Part shown: positions 21,506-34,660 of the stretch, in pieces
Layout of the letters: each line of letters begins with the position of its first letter
Numbering within the stretch: position 1 is the first letter of the stretch
NCBI GenBank assembly: GCA_963817915.1
Contig: CAWFQL010000017.1
Coordinates: 529,704 to 593,703, forward strand
Direction: 5' to 3'
Length of the DNA: 64,000 bases
DNA from: an uncultured candidate division Zixibacteria bacterium
GTDB lineage: Bacteria; Zixibacteria; MSB-5A5; UBA10806
Program-made: the position numbers and the translations under genes
Notes under the pieces: generated by a model
The model's database searches: none
The model's input: only the letters and a program-made list of their open reading frames with translations
What the model was told of the DNA's origin: nothing

Positions 21506-22552
21506 ATGCTTTTTGGTGATCTTTCCGAACGAGAAAAGAAAATACTCAAGGTACTGATAGACCATTATATCGAGTCGGCGGAGCCCGTGGCGTCGAGGGC
21601 AATCGCGAAAAAATTCGATTTGGGATTGTCTCCCGCGACGATCAGAAATACGATACAAGACCTTGAAGGGATGGATTTGGTTCATCAGCCGCATACCTCT
21701 GCCGGTCGAATTCCCACATCCAAAGGCTATCGCTTATACGTAGATTACCTTCTCCATCCTGATAAACTTTCCAAGCATGACATGGAAAAGATTGGAAAGA
21801 ATCTTTCCAAAGAATATACGGGGATTGATCAGGTCCTGGAGCAGACATCGAGGGTTCTCGGCAATGTATCACGGCAACTTGGAATCGCCATATCGCCCCA
21901 TTTTGAATCCGGCATTCTGACCAGATTAGAATTGATACCAGTGGCCGAACGAAGAGTCTTGGTAGTATTGGCTATGAAATCTGGCCTTGCACGGACAATT
22001 TTGCTTGAAGTCGAGACCGACTTAAAGGAAATGGCCTTATCGGAAACGGCTGCAATTCTCAATGAACGTCTTTGCGGGCTTTCGGTAGGCGAAATCAAGA
22101 AAACAATCAAGGCGCGGCTTGAAAAACCAACCTTAGGCGACCCCAGATTGATAAAGATGTTCATAGATTCATCCGAAGAAATGCTGTCATTCGCAGAGGA
22201 TGAAAATGTGCATCTTGGTGGAGCACAGCATATTCTTGCCCAACCCGAGTTCAATAACCCTGCCAGAGTGCGGGAATTGATTAATCTTCTCGAAGAGCGG
22301 CAGACTGTCTATGAATTGGTATCAAATGCCGGAATCGATCAGGGAATAACAATTACCATAGGAGTGGGGAGTAAAAAGAATTCTATAAAAGGCGATAAGG
22401 GAGAGGAGCTCTCGCTGCTTTCGACAACCTATTCGGCCGGGAAGGTCAAGGGCAAAATAGGGATAATCGGCCCCATGAGGATGCCTTATTCTAAATTGGT
22501 AGGTATTGTCGATTACACCGCAAAACGTCTTTCTAAGATTTTATCTGAATAG
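21506..22552 (+). CDS. hrcA: Heat-inducible transcription repressor HrcA
   Basis: LSPATIRN, QPHTSAGRIPT.KGYRLYVD, GIIGPMRMPY; start reassigned to the ATG after GGAGG. Confidence 0.95.
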   Translation: MLFGDLSEREKKILKVLIDHYIESAEPVASRAIAKKFDLGLSPATIRNTIQDLEGMDLVHQPHTSAGRIPTSKGYRLYVDYLLHPDKLSKHDMEKIGKNLSKEYTGIDQVLEQTSRVLGNVSRQLGIAISPHFESGILTRLELIPVAERRVLVVLAMKSGLARTILLEVETDLKEMALSETAAILNERLCGLSVGEIKKTIKARLEKPTLGDPRLIKMFIDSSEEMLSFAEDENVHLGGAQHILAQPEFNNPARVRELINLLEERQTVYELVSNAGIDQGITITIGVGSKKNSIKGDKGEELSLLSTTYSAGKVKGKIGIIGPMRMPYSKLVGIVDYTAKRLSKILSE

Positions 22553-22617
22553 TCGCTTGACAGAAATATCAAAATCTCCTATATACCCCGCCCTATGAAA
22601 TTCTTGGAGTACAAAAA

Positions 22618-23127
22618 ATGGTAAGAAAGTTACATGCGGCCGCAGAGCTGGCGGCATATAAGACAGGTCTATTAAAATCCACGGCTTTAGAGGAAAAGGA
22701 AGATAAATATATCAGATTGGCAGCGGAATTTGATAATTATAAAAAGAGGACATCCAGACAATACGCGGACGTAATCAGAAATGCCAACGAGGAATTGTTG
22801 CAAGACTTGCTCGATGTTATCAATGATTTTCAACGAGCCCTCGAGACGCTTTCGAACTCGGCGCCAGATAACAAAAATGCGAGTGCCGAAGCATTTCAAG
22901 CGGGCATAAAAATGGTGTATGACAAAATGATGGCCGTGCTAAAGGGTCGGGGCGTCAGTCAGCTGCAGGTAATGGGACAGCCGTTCGACCCGCAATTCCA
23001 CGACGCGGTCATGCAGATGCCATCCGATGCTGAAGAAGGAACCATCATCGGTGTAGTTTCTCCAGGTTATTTATTGAATGAAAAGGTAATCCGCCACGCT
23101 AAGGTCATAGTGGCTTCTTCGAAATAG
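22618..23127 (+). CDS. grpE: Nucleotide exchange factor GrpE
   Basis: RLAAEFDNYKKR, FDPQFHDAV, GYLLNEKVIRHAKVIV; own promoter TTGACA(22557)-17-TATATA. Confidence 0.93.
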   Translation: MVRKLHAAAELAAYKTGLLKSTALEEKEDKYIRLAAEFDNYKKRTSRQYADVIRNANEELLQDLLDVINDFQRALETLSNSAPDNKNASAEAFQAGIKMVYDKMMAVLKGRGVSQLQVMGQPFDPQFHDAVMQMPSDAEEGTIIGVVSPGYLLNEKVIRHAKVIVASSK

Positions 23128-23173
23128 ATTGAGATAGAATTTAAGATACAATTTAAGATGAAAGGGTGTTTGT

Positions 23174-24028
23174 ATGACAAAGGTTATTGCTGTATTAAAC
23201 CAAAAGGGAGGGGTTGGAAAAACTACGACATGTGTAAATCTGGGCGCCGCATTATCTGAAAAGGGATTCAATGTGCTTTTGCTCGATTTGGATCCATTGG
23301 GCAATATGACCGGATGGTTGGCCGATGATTCCGGCGATTATCCCGTGGGTATCGGCGAATTGCTATGTGGAGAATCAGCTTTTGAAGAGACAGTCAAGAA
23401 AGCCAGCAATTTCAATATAGATTTCGTCCCCGCCGGGAAAAACCTTAGAGTAATACTTGCGAAACGGTATATCGACTCATATGCTCTTAAGGAACGATTG
23501 AGCGCTTCTATCGAAAAGTATCAATTTGTGATTATCGATTGCCCCCCGTCGTCCGACGCTCTTGTCAAGAACGCGCTATTATTGGCCAGCTCGCTGATTA
23601 TCCCGATACAGACTGAGACACTCCCACTTCAAAGCGGCATCAAATTTTTAGAATGGCTTGAAGAGTTTAAGAAAGATTTCAATAGCTCGATAGATATCAT
23701 GGGCATACTACCATGCATGTTTGATTCCCGTACCCGGCTCTCCAATCAGATATTGGATGCCATGCGGGGCAGCGAACATTTAGGCCCGATGGTCTTCAAT
23801 ACGATTATAAGAAAAAATATCCGTTTGGCGGAAACTCCCGGTTCGGGCAAATCGATTTTTAAATCGGCATCCACGAGCTACGGCGCCAATGACTATATTA
23901 ATCTGGCTTTGGAAGTGATCACCAAATCCGGTTACGAGATTCCTCAAAATGGGGACAAGCCATATGCCCATTCCGGTTCGGGCGAAGAGATCAGCCACGA
24001 GAGCATGGAGTTTCAGGCTCATCGATAA
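23174..24028 (+). CDS. ParA/Soj-family ATPase (no adjacent ParB)
   Basis: NQKGGVGKTT, DLDP, IIDCPP, IRKNIRLAE. Confidence 0.9.
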   Translation: MTKVIAVLNQKGGVGKTTTCVNLGAALSEKGFNVLLLDLDPLGNMTGWLADDSGDYPVGIGELLCGESAFEETVKKASNFNIDFVPAGKNLRVILAKRYIDSYALKERLSASIEKYQFVIIDCPPSSDALVKNALLLASSLIIPIQTETLPLQSGIKFLEWLEEFKKDFNSSIDIMGILPCMFDSRTRLSNQILDAMRGSEHLGPMVFNTIIRKNIRLAETPGSGKSIFKSASTSYGANDYINLALEVITKSGYEIPQNGDKPYAHSGSGEEISHESMEFQAHR

Positions 24029-24114
24029 TTGATACCGGAACCTGACTTCTCTTGATCGCGTTAGATTTTCCAATGAGGCATATACAGCGAAAATGCCGAT
24101 AGGAGGATTTTTAG

Positions 24115-24336
24115 ATGAATATCTCAATAGAATATTGCGGGCTCTGACATTACAAGCCCCAGGCGGTCAGCCTGGCAAACACATTGGAAAAGAAATTCGG
24201 AATAAAATCTGAATTGATCGAATCGGGTGGGGGAGTATTTGAAGTTGTCGTCGATGGCAACAAGATATTCTCCAAGAAGCAATTAGGCCGATTTCCCGAA
24301 GATAGCGAGATCATCAAGGCAATCGAAAAAATATAA
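24115..24336 (+). CDS. Rdx (SelT/SelW/SelH) family selenoprotein, CxxU; one apparent extra A near 24195
   Basis: AGGAGG RBS; MNISIEYCGL-TGA(24145)-HYKPQAVSLA...; +1 frame continues ESGGGVFEVVVDGNKIFSKKQLGRFPE*. Confidence 0.88.
24148..24176 (+). promoter_or_regulatory. Candidate bacterial SECIS element
   Basis: 11 nt after UGA: CCAGGC-GGTCA-GCCTGG stem-loop. Confidence 0.75.
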
Positions 24337-24519
24337 GAAGCCAGTTTTAATTAAACTTCTGTTTTGATGTCCGTTGAAACATCCCCGATTTCTTAATATT
24401 GATTTTTTATATTTTTTTCTCTGTATCAAGTCTTGAAAACTTACTGATAATTACATATAATTGCGTCAAGTTGATGAGCCATTTAGTATTTGTGGCCCCA
24501 ATTCTTTAATGGAGGGTTT

Positions 24520-25321
24520 GTGCTGACATTAGTGAAATATGCGATTAGTGTTTTTATCTGGGCCGCAATCGCTTCCTTTTTCATACTGACGGGAAATATT
24601 GTTTATCTTGTATTCTGGTCGATATTGGGGCTGGGATTAATTATTGTCTGGATTGGGCACATGACCTATCATGTGATGTGTTGGTTTAATCCGTTATTCA
24701 AGCCGATCAAGCTGATAGTGTTCTTCATCTTCCTCGTGGTCGGCGGACTTATTGTCTTCAAAGTATTTATCACTCCCAAATGGAATACCTATGGTTCAAC
24801 CAAAGAAGAAATCGACCGAGAATACAAGGTCGATGAATTCTGCAAGGAATCGGATATTCGAATTGTCAGAACAGTTGAAATCAACGCGCCGCCCGATTAT
24901 ATTTTCCGTTGGGTGCGCCAGATGCCGGAAGTTGGCACCTATACCTGGAGCGTTCCCGGGCTCTTCAAAATGAAATCGGTCGAACGGCTGGTGGAAAACT
25001 TGCCGGATTTGCGCGAAGGGGACGATTTCCTTAATCGGCAAAGTTGTTGATGTAGATAAAGGCAAAAGCCTGACATTGAATCTGGGCGAAGATCCCAGAA
25101 TGCCTAAACTCGGCATCAAATGTCTCTACAGCGGATATTATTTTAAAAAGGCGGATGACGGCAAAACCAGGGTCAGCATGGTGGTACGGGCGGATTACGA
25201 TGGCACGATGGGATGGTTCTATTCGCAGATGATAATCGAGATCGGCGATTTCTTCTTTGCCTCGAAACAGCTTTCGAAGCTGAAAGAATTATCGGAAAAG
25301 CATTTTGGCGAAAAATCTTGA
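24520..25321 (+). CDS. Membrane protein with C-terminal SRPBCC-like domain (frameshift near 25035)
   Basis: 3 TM segments then RTVEINAPPDYIFRWVRQM; continues in ORF 25076-25321. Confidence 0.55.
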
Positions 25322-25366
25322 GCATTTCTAAACAATATTGACAGGTTAGGGTAAAAGATAGGGGCA

Positions 25367-25840
25367 GTGACAGGCGATATGATAAAAATCGATAAATTAC
25401 CATTCTGGATGGCGACCGGAGCATTCACTCTTGGCAGTATAATCATTACCGGCATCATGCGATTGATCGAAAAGAACATAAATAGTTCCGATTACGCGCT
25501 TTTGAAGAATTATTTTTCTACAACACAATCGCAATACTACCCCGTGATTTACCTCATAATGTCATTTTTGGCCGCGGTGGCTGTGGTATATGTCTACCAA
25601 TTACTCAGACCAAATTTGCCATCGACCGTAATTCGCAGCGGACTTCTTATCGGCGGATTTCTATTCTTAGTAGGGGCATTGCCCAATGCTATTTATACCG
25701 GATTTAATACGGTTGTAACATCGGCCATTGGCTGGGGTAATTTCTGGGCGGCATTATTCGGCAGTCTTATCAACGGATGTATATTGACATATACTTATTA
25801 TCGTTTTTCGCCTGAATGGAAAGAGAAACATGACAAATAG
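25367..25840 (+). CDS. Hypothetical 4-TM membrane protein
   Basis: ORF with four hydrophobic segments. Confidence 0.65.
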   Translation: MTGDMIKIDKLPFWMATGAFTLGSIIITGIMRLIEKNINSSDYALLKNYFSTTQSQYYPVIYLIMSFLAAVAVVYVYQLLRPNLPSTVIRSGLLIGGFLFLVGALPNAIYTGFNTVVTSAIGWGNFWAALFGSLINGCILTYTYYRFSPEWKEKHDK

Positions 25841-25892
25841 AACTCGAATTTTAATTTTACAATATAGTAAATGCTTATAAGCGGAGGTTTGA

Positions 25893-27842
<1,950 letters not shown>

Positions 27843-27857
27843 AAATTCAATCGAAAA

Positions 27858-28179
27858 GTAGAGACGCAAAATCTTGCGTCTCTACTAATATATTAAAATC
27901 TATTCGTGCTGTCGGGTGGCCTCACCCGACCGAAATAATCCGTACTTCCCGTAGGGGCGAACCCATGTGTTCGCCCTCTTTTTTTCGGGCCGACACGCAG
28001 GTCGGCCCCTACAGCAGAATACTTACGTAGGGGCGTTCAACTGAACGCCCGCGATGCCAATGGGCGTTTTTTCAAACGCCCCTACAGAATCTTGTACCGC
28101 CCAACCCCACGGTAGGTCGGCGTTCCGAATCGCCAAAGGCGAATTTACAATCCGGCAGCTGCCGGAAGAGAAACCCGAC
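27858..28179. repeat. Array of at least seven REP-like hairpins
   Basis: 27858-27885; 27911-27930; inverted pairs 27951-28012 and 28027-28085; 28112-28179. Confidence 0.85.
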
Positions 28180-28266
28180 ATCCTGTAATGTCGCCGCTAA
28201 TTAAAAAAAACATACTATTTCCCCAAAAATCTGTTATACTATAGCAAGTAGTTTCGACCGAAAACA

Positions 28267-29757
28267 ATGAGGCTTTTCATGCCCCGACCTTTAATTTTAA
28301 TAATCTTATTCTTAGCCCTGAGCGCCGGGGCCACCCTTGCCGGCTGGTCCGAGCCGGTGAGGATATCGGAGCATGGGGGTTATCAATATCCCCAGATGAT
28401 AGCAAATGGGGATACATTGCATATAGTATATGAAGATACCAGAATATACGATAAGATTAGCTATCAAAGGAGCACGGATGGGGGGTTGTCATGGAGTTCT
28501 CATCAAGTGATATCGGATCGCTCCGATGAAACCCTTTTTCCGCGGATAATATCCAGCGGAACCAGGCTAATGGTCCTTTGGAAAAAGGCTCTTACGGGAT
28601 ATTACAGATATACTATCTCTTACAGCGTTTCGACCAACATTGGTGTCACGTGGTCAGCTCCCGACGTTGTTATAAATCCGGGCTGGCCCTATGCTCTCAA
28701 TTTTGCGGCATCCGGCGGAACCGGCCTGAATATCAATGTGGTAGCCTGCACTAATGTAAGTGGGAGCCTAGTGTTTTACAGTATCCGAAGCACCAATTTC
28801 GGGCAAACATGGTTGGAGCCTGTGGAGATATTCAGTGCCAATCAATCAGGATTGCCTGATCAGGCTGGCATTGGCGATTTCGTGCATTTTACCTGGGACG
28901 GGCGTTTTCAAAATTCTGGACCGTGGGACATTTATTATCTCAGAAGTACGGATGCGGGAATAACCTGGTCAACCAGTTCTCTACTAAGCTCGTTAGATAA
29001 TCATGGTTCTGACCGCCCTTCTATTTGTATTGATGAATTTGATCAAGTACATGTGGCCTGGGTTGACGGCAAATATTCCCCCTATATGCTCACAGGAGAT
29101 GTCGTGACTCGTCAAAGCGAGGATACAGGTCGAACCTGGGAAGCCGAAAGGCAGGTTTCGTTAAACCACTATGCTTTAGGCAATAATGATATTGCTTCCA
29201 TTGGAGATACAATTCATGTCGCCTGGGAAGATGCGAGTTCCGGCCTTGCCCACAGGAGCATCTATTACACAAAAAGCACGGATAATGGAGTTACCTGGGA
29301 TGATCCTTATTGGCTGGATAGGACGTTTGATGATTCCTGGACTCCTGTTTTAGCAACTTCCAATGGCAGGGTTTATGCGGCTTGGGGGGATGGAACATAC
29401 GACCCTGATACCAACAGCCACTGGGGGCTGTACTTTTCCCGCTGGGACCCCGATCCAAGCGGCATCGGCAATGGGAATATCGAAAATATCCCTGATAAGA
29501 TAAGCTTAGCGGCCTACCCTAATCCGTTTAATTCAAATGTAACCATAACCTATTCTAATTTGGAAGGAGGTGATATAGGAATTTACGATGTCCAGGGCAA
29601 ATTGGTCAAAATCTTAAAAACAGAAGCAGGCAAGGGTGGAAAAATAAAATGGGACGCCCAGGATGCTATGGGAAATAAAGTCACTTCAGGAATCTATTTC
29701 GCCAAGGCAAGAACCTTGTCAAGCTCAACTGCTATCAAACTAATTTTTTTAAAATAA
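28267..29757 (+). CDS. Secreted BNR/Asp-box repeat protein with T9SS-A/FlgD-like C-terminal domain
   Basis: Signal peptide; repeated RSTDGGLSWS/STDNGVTW; AYPNPFN...SGIYF. Confidence 0.8.
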   Translation: MRLFMPRPLILIILFLALSAGATLAGWSEPVRISEHGGYQYPQMIANGDTLHIVYEDTRIYDKISYQRSTDGGLSWSSHQVISDRSDETLFPRIISSGTRLMVLWKKALTGYYRYTISYSVSTNIGVTWSAPDVVINPGWPYALNFAASGGTGLNINVVACTNVSGSLVFYSIRSTNFGQTWLEPVEIFSANQSGLPDQAGIGDFVHFTWDGRFQNSGPWDIYYLRSTDAGITWSTSSLLSSLDNHGSDRPSICIDEFDQVHVAWVDGKYSPYMLTGDVVTRQSEDTGRTWEAERQVSLNHYALGNNDIASIGDTIHVAWEDASSGLAHRSIYYTKSTDNGVTWDDPYWLDRTFDDSWTPVLATSNGRVYAAWGDGTYDPDTNSHWGLYFSRWDPDPSGIGNGNIENIPDKISLAAYPNPFNSNVTITYSNLEGGDIGIYDVQGKLVKILKTEAGKGGKIKWDAQDAMGNKVTSGIYFAKARTLSSSTAIKLIFLK

Positions 29758-29758
29758 T

Positions 29759-30298
29759 TCATCTCACCCTTATCACTAGATCCACCACTGAGGTATCATT
29801 CTCGTTTTCGGCGGGGAAGCCGCGGAAGACTTCGATACCGGGATAAATCGGCGTATACCCCTTGAGCTTCATATATCCCGCCAAATATCCCCAGCAGGAA
29901 TCAAGCTTATCAAAGCTGCAGCGGCATTCGAAAAACAACGCCTGCCCGCCTTTGACATTGCCCATAAAGAAATCTTCCGACAGTTTCAACTTGGGATCGT
30001 CGAGAATCAGTCCTAATCGGCGGCTGACCGGCTTCATATCCAATGAATCATTGAAGCTATCGATAATCGCAATCGGGTCGCCGAACTGCTCGGGGTTTTC
30101 GGAATATTGTTCGAGACTGTAGGCGAGCCCTTCGTTGATATCAGTAAATGTATCAGCGAATGCCGGAAATGAGTAGTATAAATCCGGCATTATCTTTTTC
30201 TGTGGTTGTCCCGATATTTTGGTCTTTCCACATCCGGTAATTAACAAAAAAGCCATAATTGAAATGATCGCCATTAATTCAAAAGGCGACAAAATCAT
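29759..30298 (-). CDS. Hypothetical lipoprotein
   Basis: Lipobox LITGC; no recognised domain. Confidence 0.6.
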   Translation of the reverse strand: MILSPFELMAIISIMAFLLITGCGKTKISGQPQKKIMPDLYYSFPAFADTFTDINEGLAYSLEQYSENPEQFGDPIAIIDSFNDSLDMKPVSRRLGLILDDPKLKLSEDFFMGNVKGGQALFFECRCSFDKLDSCWGYLAGYMKLKGYTPIYPGIEVFRGFPAENENDTSVVDLVIRVR

Positions 30299-30345
30299 TG
30301 CCGCCCTTTTATGTCTTGATGATAATTCGAAGTTTCATGACTCCA

Positions 30346-32068
30346 TCACAAATACGATGGATATTCTACTTTCTCGAACCATTCGGCCTTGAGATCGGGG
30401 AAGAGGTCGTCCCGTTTTTCGAGATCGTAAAGGTATGTCAATTCGCCCTCGTTTAGATCTTCGGCCTTATCCAATAATTCTGCCAGCCGTGTGAATGCTT
30501 CATGATGAGCCGCGATTCTGGTTTCGGCGTAATCTCTGGCCGCCCAGGTGGAGATCAGGAATTGCCAGTCCGATGCCGAAAGCAACATCAGCTCTCTGGC
30601 GGCCTGAGTAATTATCCGTTTGCCGATATCGCCTGACTGTTTGTATTTGCCGGCCATTTCTGTCATCTTCAATTCGTCGGTGTAGACATGTTTCCATGTC
30701 CAGTCATTCCACTTGTTCAGCCATATATAATGATAGCCGCCCTCGCCCCAGGAGCCTTCGGGCACTGAAATCACTTTCGATGGTTTCACCATATCATAAT
30801 ATTCGCTGGCGGTGCAAAGGTCATATTCAGCCGATTTATGTACTTTCTCAACAACCTTTTCAAGGAAGTAGGGACCCTCAAACCACCAATGCCCGAAAAG
30901 CTCGGCATCGAATGGCGATACAGCTATGCCGGGATTATTGTTTGTCTTGTAATGCTCTGCTAAAATAGCGGTGACAAGTCCTGTAAAATGAGCCGAATTT
31001 TCCTCGATCCTGCCTTTGATAACATCGGGATTATAAATAAGCTTTTCGGCTAAGTCACTTTTGGCGGATGTTACCCTCCAATAGCGATGGCCGCCCGGAT
31101 ATCGTTTTTTATGGAAATCGAGATAGTTGCCATCACCGGGATAGCCCCATTCGCCCGACCAAACCTGCAGGCTTGTCTCCGGATGGCGCGTAAATACCGC
31201 CACGGGTTTTTTGCCTTCGGTCGCGCCGACCAGATAGACATTGAGCGCCGTCTTGGCTTGGTCTTCAGTACGGGGATGATATTGCTGTTCGAACTGGTTC
31301 CATAATGTCTTAAGCGCATCGAATCTATCGACATAGACTCCGATCGCGCGGCCGCCCTTGAGCATGGCGTTATCTATGAAGAAATAATCTAAACCATTTT
31401 CGGATAGAAATTCCTCGATCCCTTTTCGTCTTGTAATGCTCCGGTAAACCGTCGACCTTGACCGGCGGGCTCCAATCGTAGGCCGGGCGATAGGCACATT
31501 CCGGCAGCCAGATACCGCGCGGTTTTCTCCCGAAATTACGGTCATAAGATGCTACGGCCTGCTTAATCTGGGCCTGGCACGATGTATCTTGAGATAATAA
31601 TGGTAGATAGCCATGCGTCGCGCCGCATGTGATAATCTCGATATGACCCTCATCCTGAAGCCTGCGGAAATGATCGACTATATTTCCGCCGTAAACATTA
31701 TTGAATGTATCATTGATAAGGTTATAATAATCTTCCCAATTATGAGCCAGCCTGAGATATTCATGCTGTCCGGTTCGATAAAATTCGGTGGCGTCGGCCC
31801 CTGCGGCATCGACTTTCTGCTTAAGATATTCTCGGAATTCGCTTCGGAATGAATCATGCGCCAATTGCTCGCATAATACCGGCGAAATGCCAATCGTAAA
31901 TTTGGGCGATATCCCTTTGGCCACCAACCTGTCGCAGACTAATAGTATCGGTATATATGTTTCGGCAGCCGCTTCGTTGAGCCAATCGGTTCCATGCGGC
32001 CATTTCCCATGCCCCAGCACATACGGAAGATGAGAATGTAATACGAATGAAAAATATCCTTTTTTCAT
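30346..32068 (-). CDS. GH57 1,4-alpha-glucan branching enzyme (DUF1957), frameshifted near 31430
   Basis: LHSHLPYV, ATHGYLPL, GIWLPECAY, PFDAELFGHWWFEG, SDWQF. Confidence 0.9.
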
Positions 32069-32361
32069 TTGCCTGCCTGGAACCCGATGTTCTTGTCCGA
32101 TTCGCCCTGAATTTTGATTACGCCATATTGGGCTTCGAACTTCTTAATATTGTCCTCCAATGCCTTCGATAGCATCTTGGCATGGGCGGGAGTCATTATT
32201 ATCCGCGAATAAATTCTGGTCTTCTGAACTCCTGGCATTACCCGCGCGAAGTCTATTATTATTTCCTGTGGGGAATGGACTATTAACGCCAGATTGGAAT
32301 AAATCCCTTCCGATTCTTTTTCTCCAAGCTCCACGTCAAGCTGTCTTGGTTTCTGATCCAT
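32065..32361 (-). CDS. DUF3467 protein
   Basis: GIYSNLALIVHS..EIIIDFA...RIIMTP.HAK. Confidence 0.88.
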   Translation of the reverse strand: MDQKPRQLDVELGEKESEGIYSNLALIVHSPQEIIIDFARVMPGVQKTRIYSRIIMTPAHAKMLSKALEDNIKKFEAQYGVIKIQGESDKNIGFQAGK

Positions 32362-32472
32362 CTCTATCTCCTTTAGATTAAATATCTTGGGTCAAACAGA
32401 ATGTTGTTGCCCCAATCCCTGAATTTTAGTATAATTGACCCCCATGTCAAGGTAATTAATCGCAGGATATTT

Positions 32473-33456
32473 ATGGATAAAAAAAGAATTTCAAAATTAA
32501 TCAAAAGTTTCTCGAAAAGCAAAATCCTCGTTTTAGGGGATTTAATGTTAGATCGCTACCTCTGGGGTAATGTTGAACGGATATCGCCGGAAGCCCCGGT
32601 CCCGGTCGTAACTGTCACCAAAGAGACAGTCAATCTCGGCGGAGCGGCCAATGTCGCCGCCAATGTCCAGGCGCTTGGAGCCAAAGTCACGCTGTTTGGA
32701 GTCATCGGTAATGATCCGTTGGCGGAGTTATTCAGAGAGAATTTGGAGGGCTTCGAACTGCAGACTTCAGGATTGTTAGTCGATCCTGAAAGGCCAACCA
32801 CGGTAAAGACTCGTATTGTCGCTCACAATCAGCAGATTGTCAGAATCGATCGCGAGCATTCCAAAGAGATCAATAGCGACCTGGTCGATGCGATGCTTTC
32901 CAAGATCAAGAAAATCATTCCCAAAATCGATGGCATCATTATCTCCGATTACGGCAAAGGTGTGATTACCTACGATCTTCTAACCGAGCTCATCTCAATG
33001 GCTAATCAATCCGGGCTATTCATCGCAGTCGATCCCAAGGAAGTTCATTTCATGAATTATCGCAATGTATCGGTAATCACTCCCAATCACCACGAGGCCG
33101 GCTTTATTTCCGGCAAAAAGATAATCGATGATACAATTCTGGCCGAAGTCGGGTGGAATCTTATCGATCTATTGAATCTGGAATCCATTCTGATTACCCG
33201 CGGCGAAAAAGGCATGAGCCTATTTGAAAAGGATGGGGAAATGACTCATATCCCAGCCATGGCCAAGACCGTATTCGATGTTACGGGAGCCGGGGATACA
33301 GTTATCGCGGCGCTTACTGTGGCAAGGACTGCGGGAGCGACAATGAAAGAAGCCGCCTTCATGGCCAATGTCGCCGCCAGCCTGGCAGTTGCCCAATTCG
33401 GAACCGCAAGAATAACATCAGGCGAACTCAAAGACGCCATAAATCGCAATAAATGA
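32473..33456 (+). CDS. rfaE1: D-glycero-beta-D-manno-heptose-7-phosphate kinase
   Basis: GDLMLDRY.WG.VERISPEAPVPVV, SDYGKG, DVTGAGDTV. Confidence 0.92.
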   Translation: MDKKRISKLIKSFSKSKILVLGDLMLDRYLWGNVERISPEAPVPVVTVTKETVNLGGAANVAANVQALGAKVTLFGVIGNDPLAELFRENLEGFELQTSGLLVDPERPTTVKTRIVAHNQQIVRIDREHSKEINSDLVDAMLSKIKKIIPKIDGIIISDYGKGVITYDLLTELISMANQSGLFIAVDPKEVHFMNYRNVSVITPNHHEAGFISGKKIIDDTILAEVGWNLIDLLNLESILITRGEKGMSLFEKDGEMTHIPAMAKTVFDVTGAGDTVIAALTVARTAGATMKEAAFMANVAASLAVAQFGTARITSGELKDAINRNK

Positions 33457-33932
33457 CCCGAAAAATAGTGTCCTTAAAAAAGGCAATGGAGATTCGCAAG
33501 AGACTCCGCGGCCAGGGGAAAAAAGTGGTCTTTACCAATGGATGCTTTGATCTCATTCATGCGGGTCATGCCAGCTATCTAAATTCAGCACGTAAATTAG
33601 GCGATTTTTTGATTGTCGGATTAAATTCTGACGCTTCCGTGCGCCGCCTAAAAGGACCCAATCGTCCAATAATGCCGTTCAAAGAAAGGGCGACATTGCT
33701 TTCATTTCTTATCCCGGTGGATTTGGTGGTAGGATTTGGAGAAGATACACCGATTAAGCTGATAAACTCATTACAGCCCGATTGCCTCGCCAAAGGCGCT
33801 GATTATAAAGAAAGCGAGATCGTAGGAGCGAGGGAAGTGAAATCCTGGGGTGGTAAAGTTCGTAGAATTAAGCTAATCAAAGGAAAATCATCCTCTAAGC
33901 TGATAGGAAAACTTATTGAGTTGAACAGCTAA
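33453..33932 (+). CDS. rfaE2: Heptose-1-phosphate adenylyltransferase
   Basis: VFTNGCFDLIHAGH, NSDASVRRLKG. Confidence 0.92.
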   Translation: MTRKIVSLKKAMEIRKRLRGQGKKVVFTNGCFDLIHAGHASYLNSARKLGDFLIVGLNSDASVRRLKGPNRPIMPFKERATLLSFLIPVDLVVGFGEDTPIKLINSLQPDCLAKGADYKESEIVGAREVKSWGGKVRRIKLIKGKSSSKLIGKLIELNS

Positions 33933-34090
33933 GACATTGTATCCCAATTACTTACGCTTTCGATTGTCTCCATTTGCCCCAAAAAAATGTTGACATTGGA
34001 GCATGCTGAATACTATGATTGGCGCTTTGGATGGCAGGGTAACCCCGATTGAATTGATTGGAATATAGGTCAAATTCAAGATAGAAGAAA

Positions 34091-34660
34091 ATGGACGAGA
34101 AGAATAAAATAGAGGCCTTCGATATCGATCAGGTCGGCAAACGAGGTCAGATGCGGGAAGCGTTGGAGACGGCCCTTGATTGTATCAGGACCGGCGCGGA
34201 TAGCCCCGATTTATACTATGTTGCCGCCAAGATAGCGTTCCAGTTGAATGATATAGAAAAGGCCCAGCAATTAATCGACAAGCTTCTGGTGCTTGATCCT
34301 GATCATATCAATGGCTGGCTGCTTTTCGGCGAGATACATGCCATGAAGGCCGATTTTGCGAGGGCACTCTATGGCCATAAAATGGCAGAGGAGCTGTTCC
34401 CGGCATTGGAAGAGTTCGGTATCTTGATCAATTATAAGCCTACTTTGGATTCCGAGAACGAAAGGGAAGATGTGACAGCAGGTTCGATTTTTGATGATTC
34501 TGTATTCGATACCATTACATTCGCGGAAATTTGTGTCAAACAAGGCTATTACAATAAGGCCCTGAAGATTTACACCGATCTTTTGGAAAAAAATCCTGAC
34601 AATAATGAGCTTCGCAAAAAGATAGAGGAATTGAAAAAGAAAATGGGAAAATATGCTTAG
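34091..34660 (+). CDS. TPR-containing protein
   Basis: TPR-like helices; TITFAEICVKQGYYNKALKIY. Confidence 0.7.
   Translation: MDEKNKIEAFDIDQVGKRGQMREALETALDCIRTGADSPDLYYVAAKIAFQLNDIEKAQQLIDKLLVLDPDHINGWLLFGEIHAMKADFARALYGHKMAEELFPALEEFGILINYKPTLDSENEREDVTAGSIFDDSVFDTITFAEICVKQGYYNKALKIYTDLLEKNPDNNELRKKIEELKKKMGKYA

Noticed and set aside
27858..28179. CRISPR array or integron attC array
   Set aside because: Repeats differ in sequence and orientation, spacing is irregular, there are no cas or integrase genes and no RYYYAAC/GTTRRRY cores; they fit REPs.
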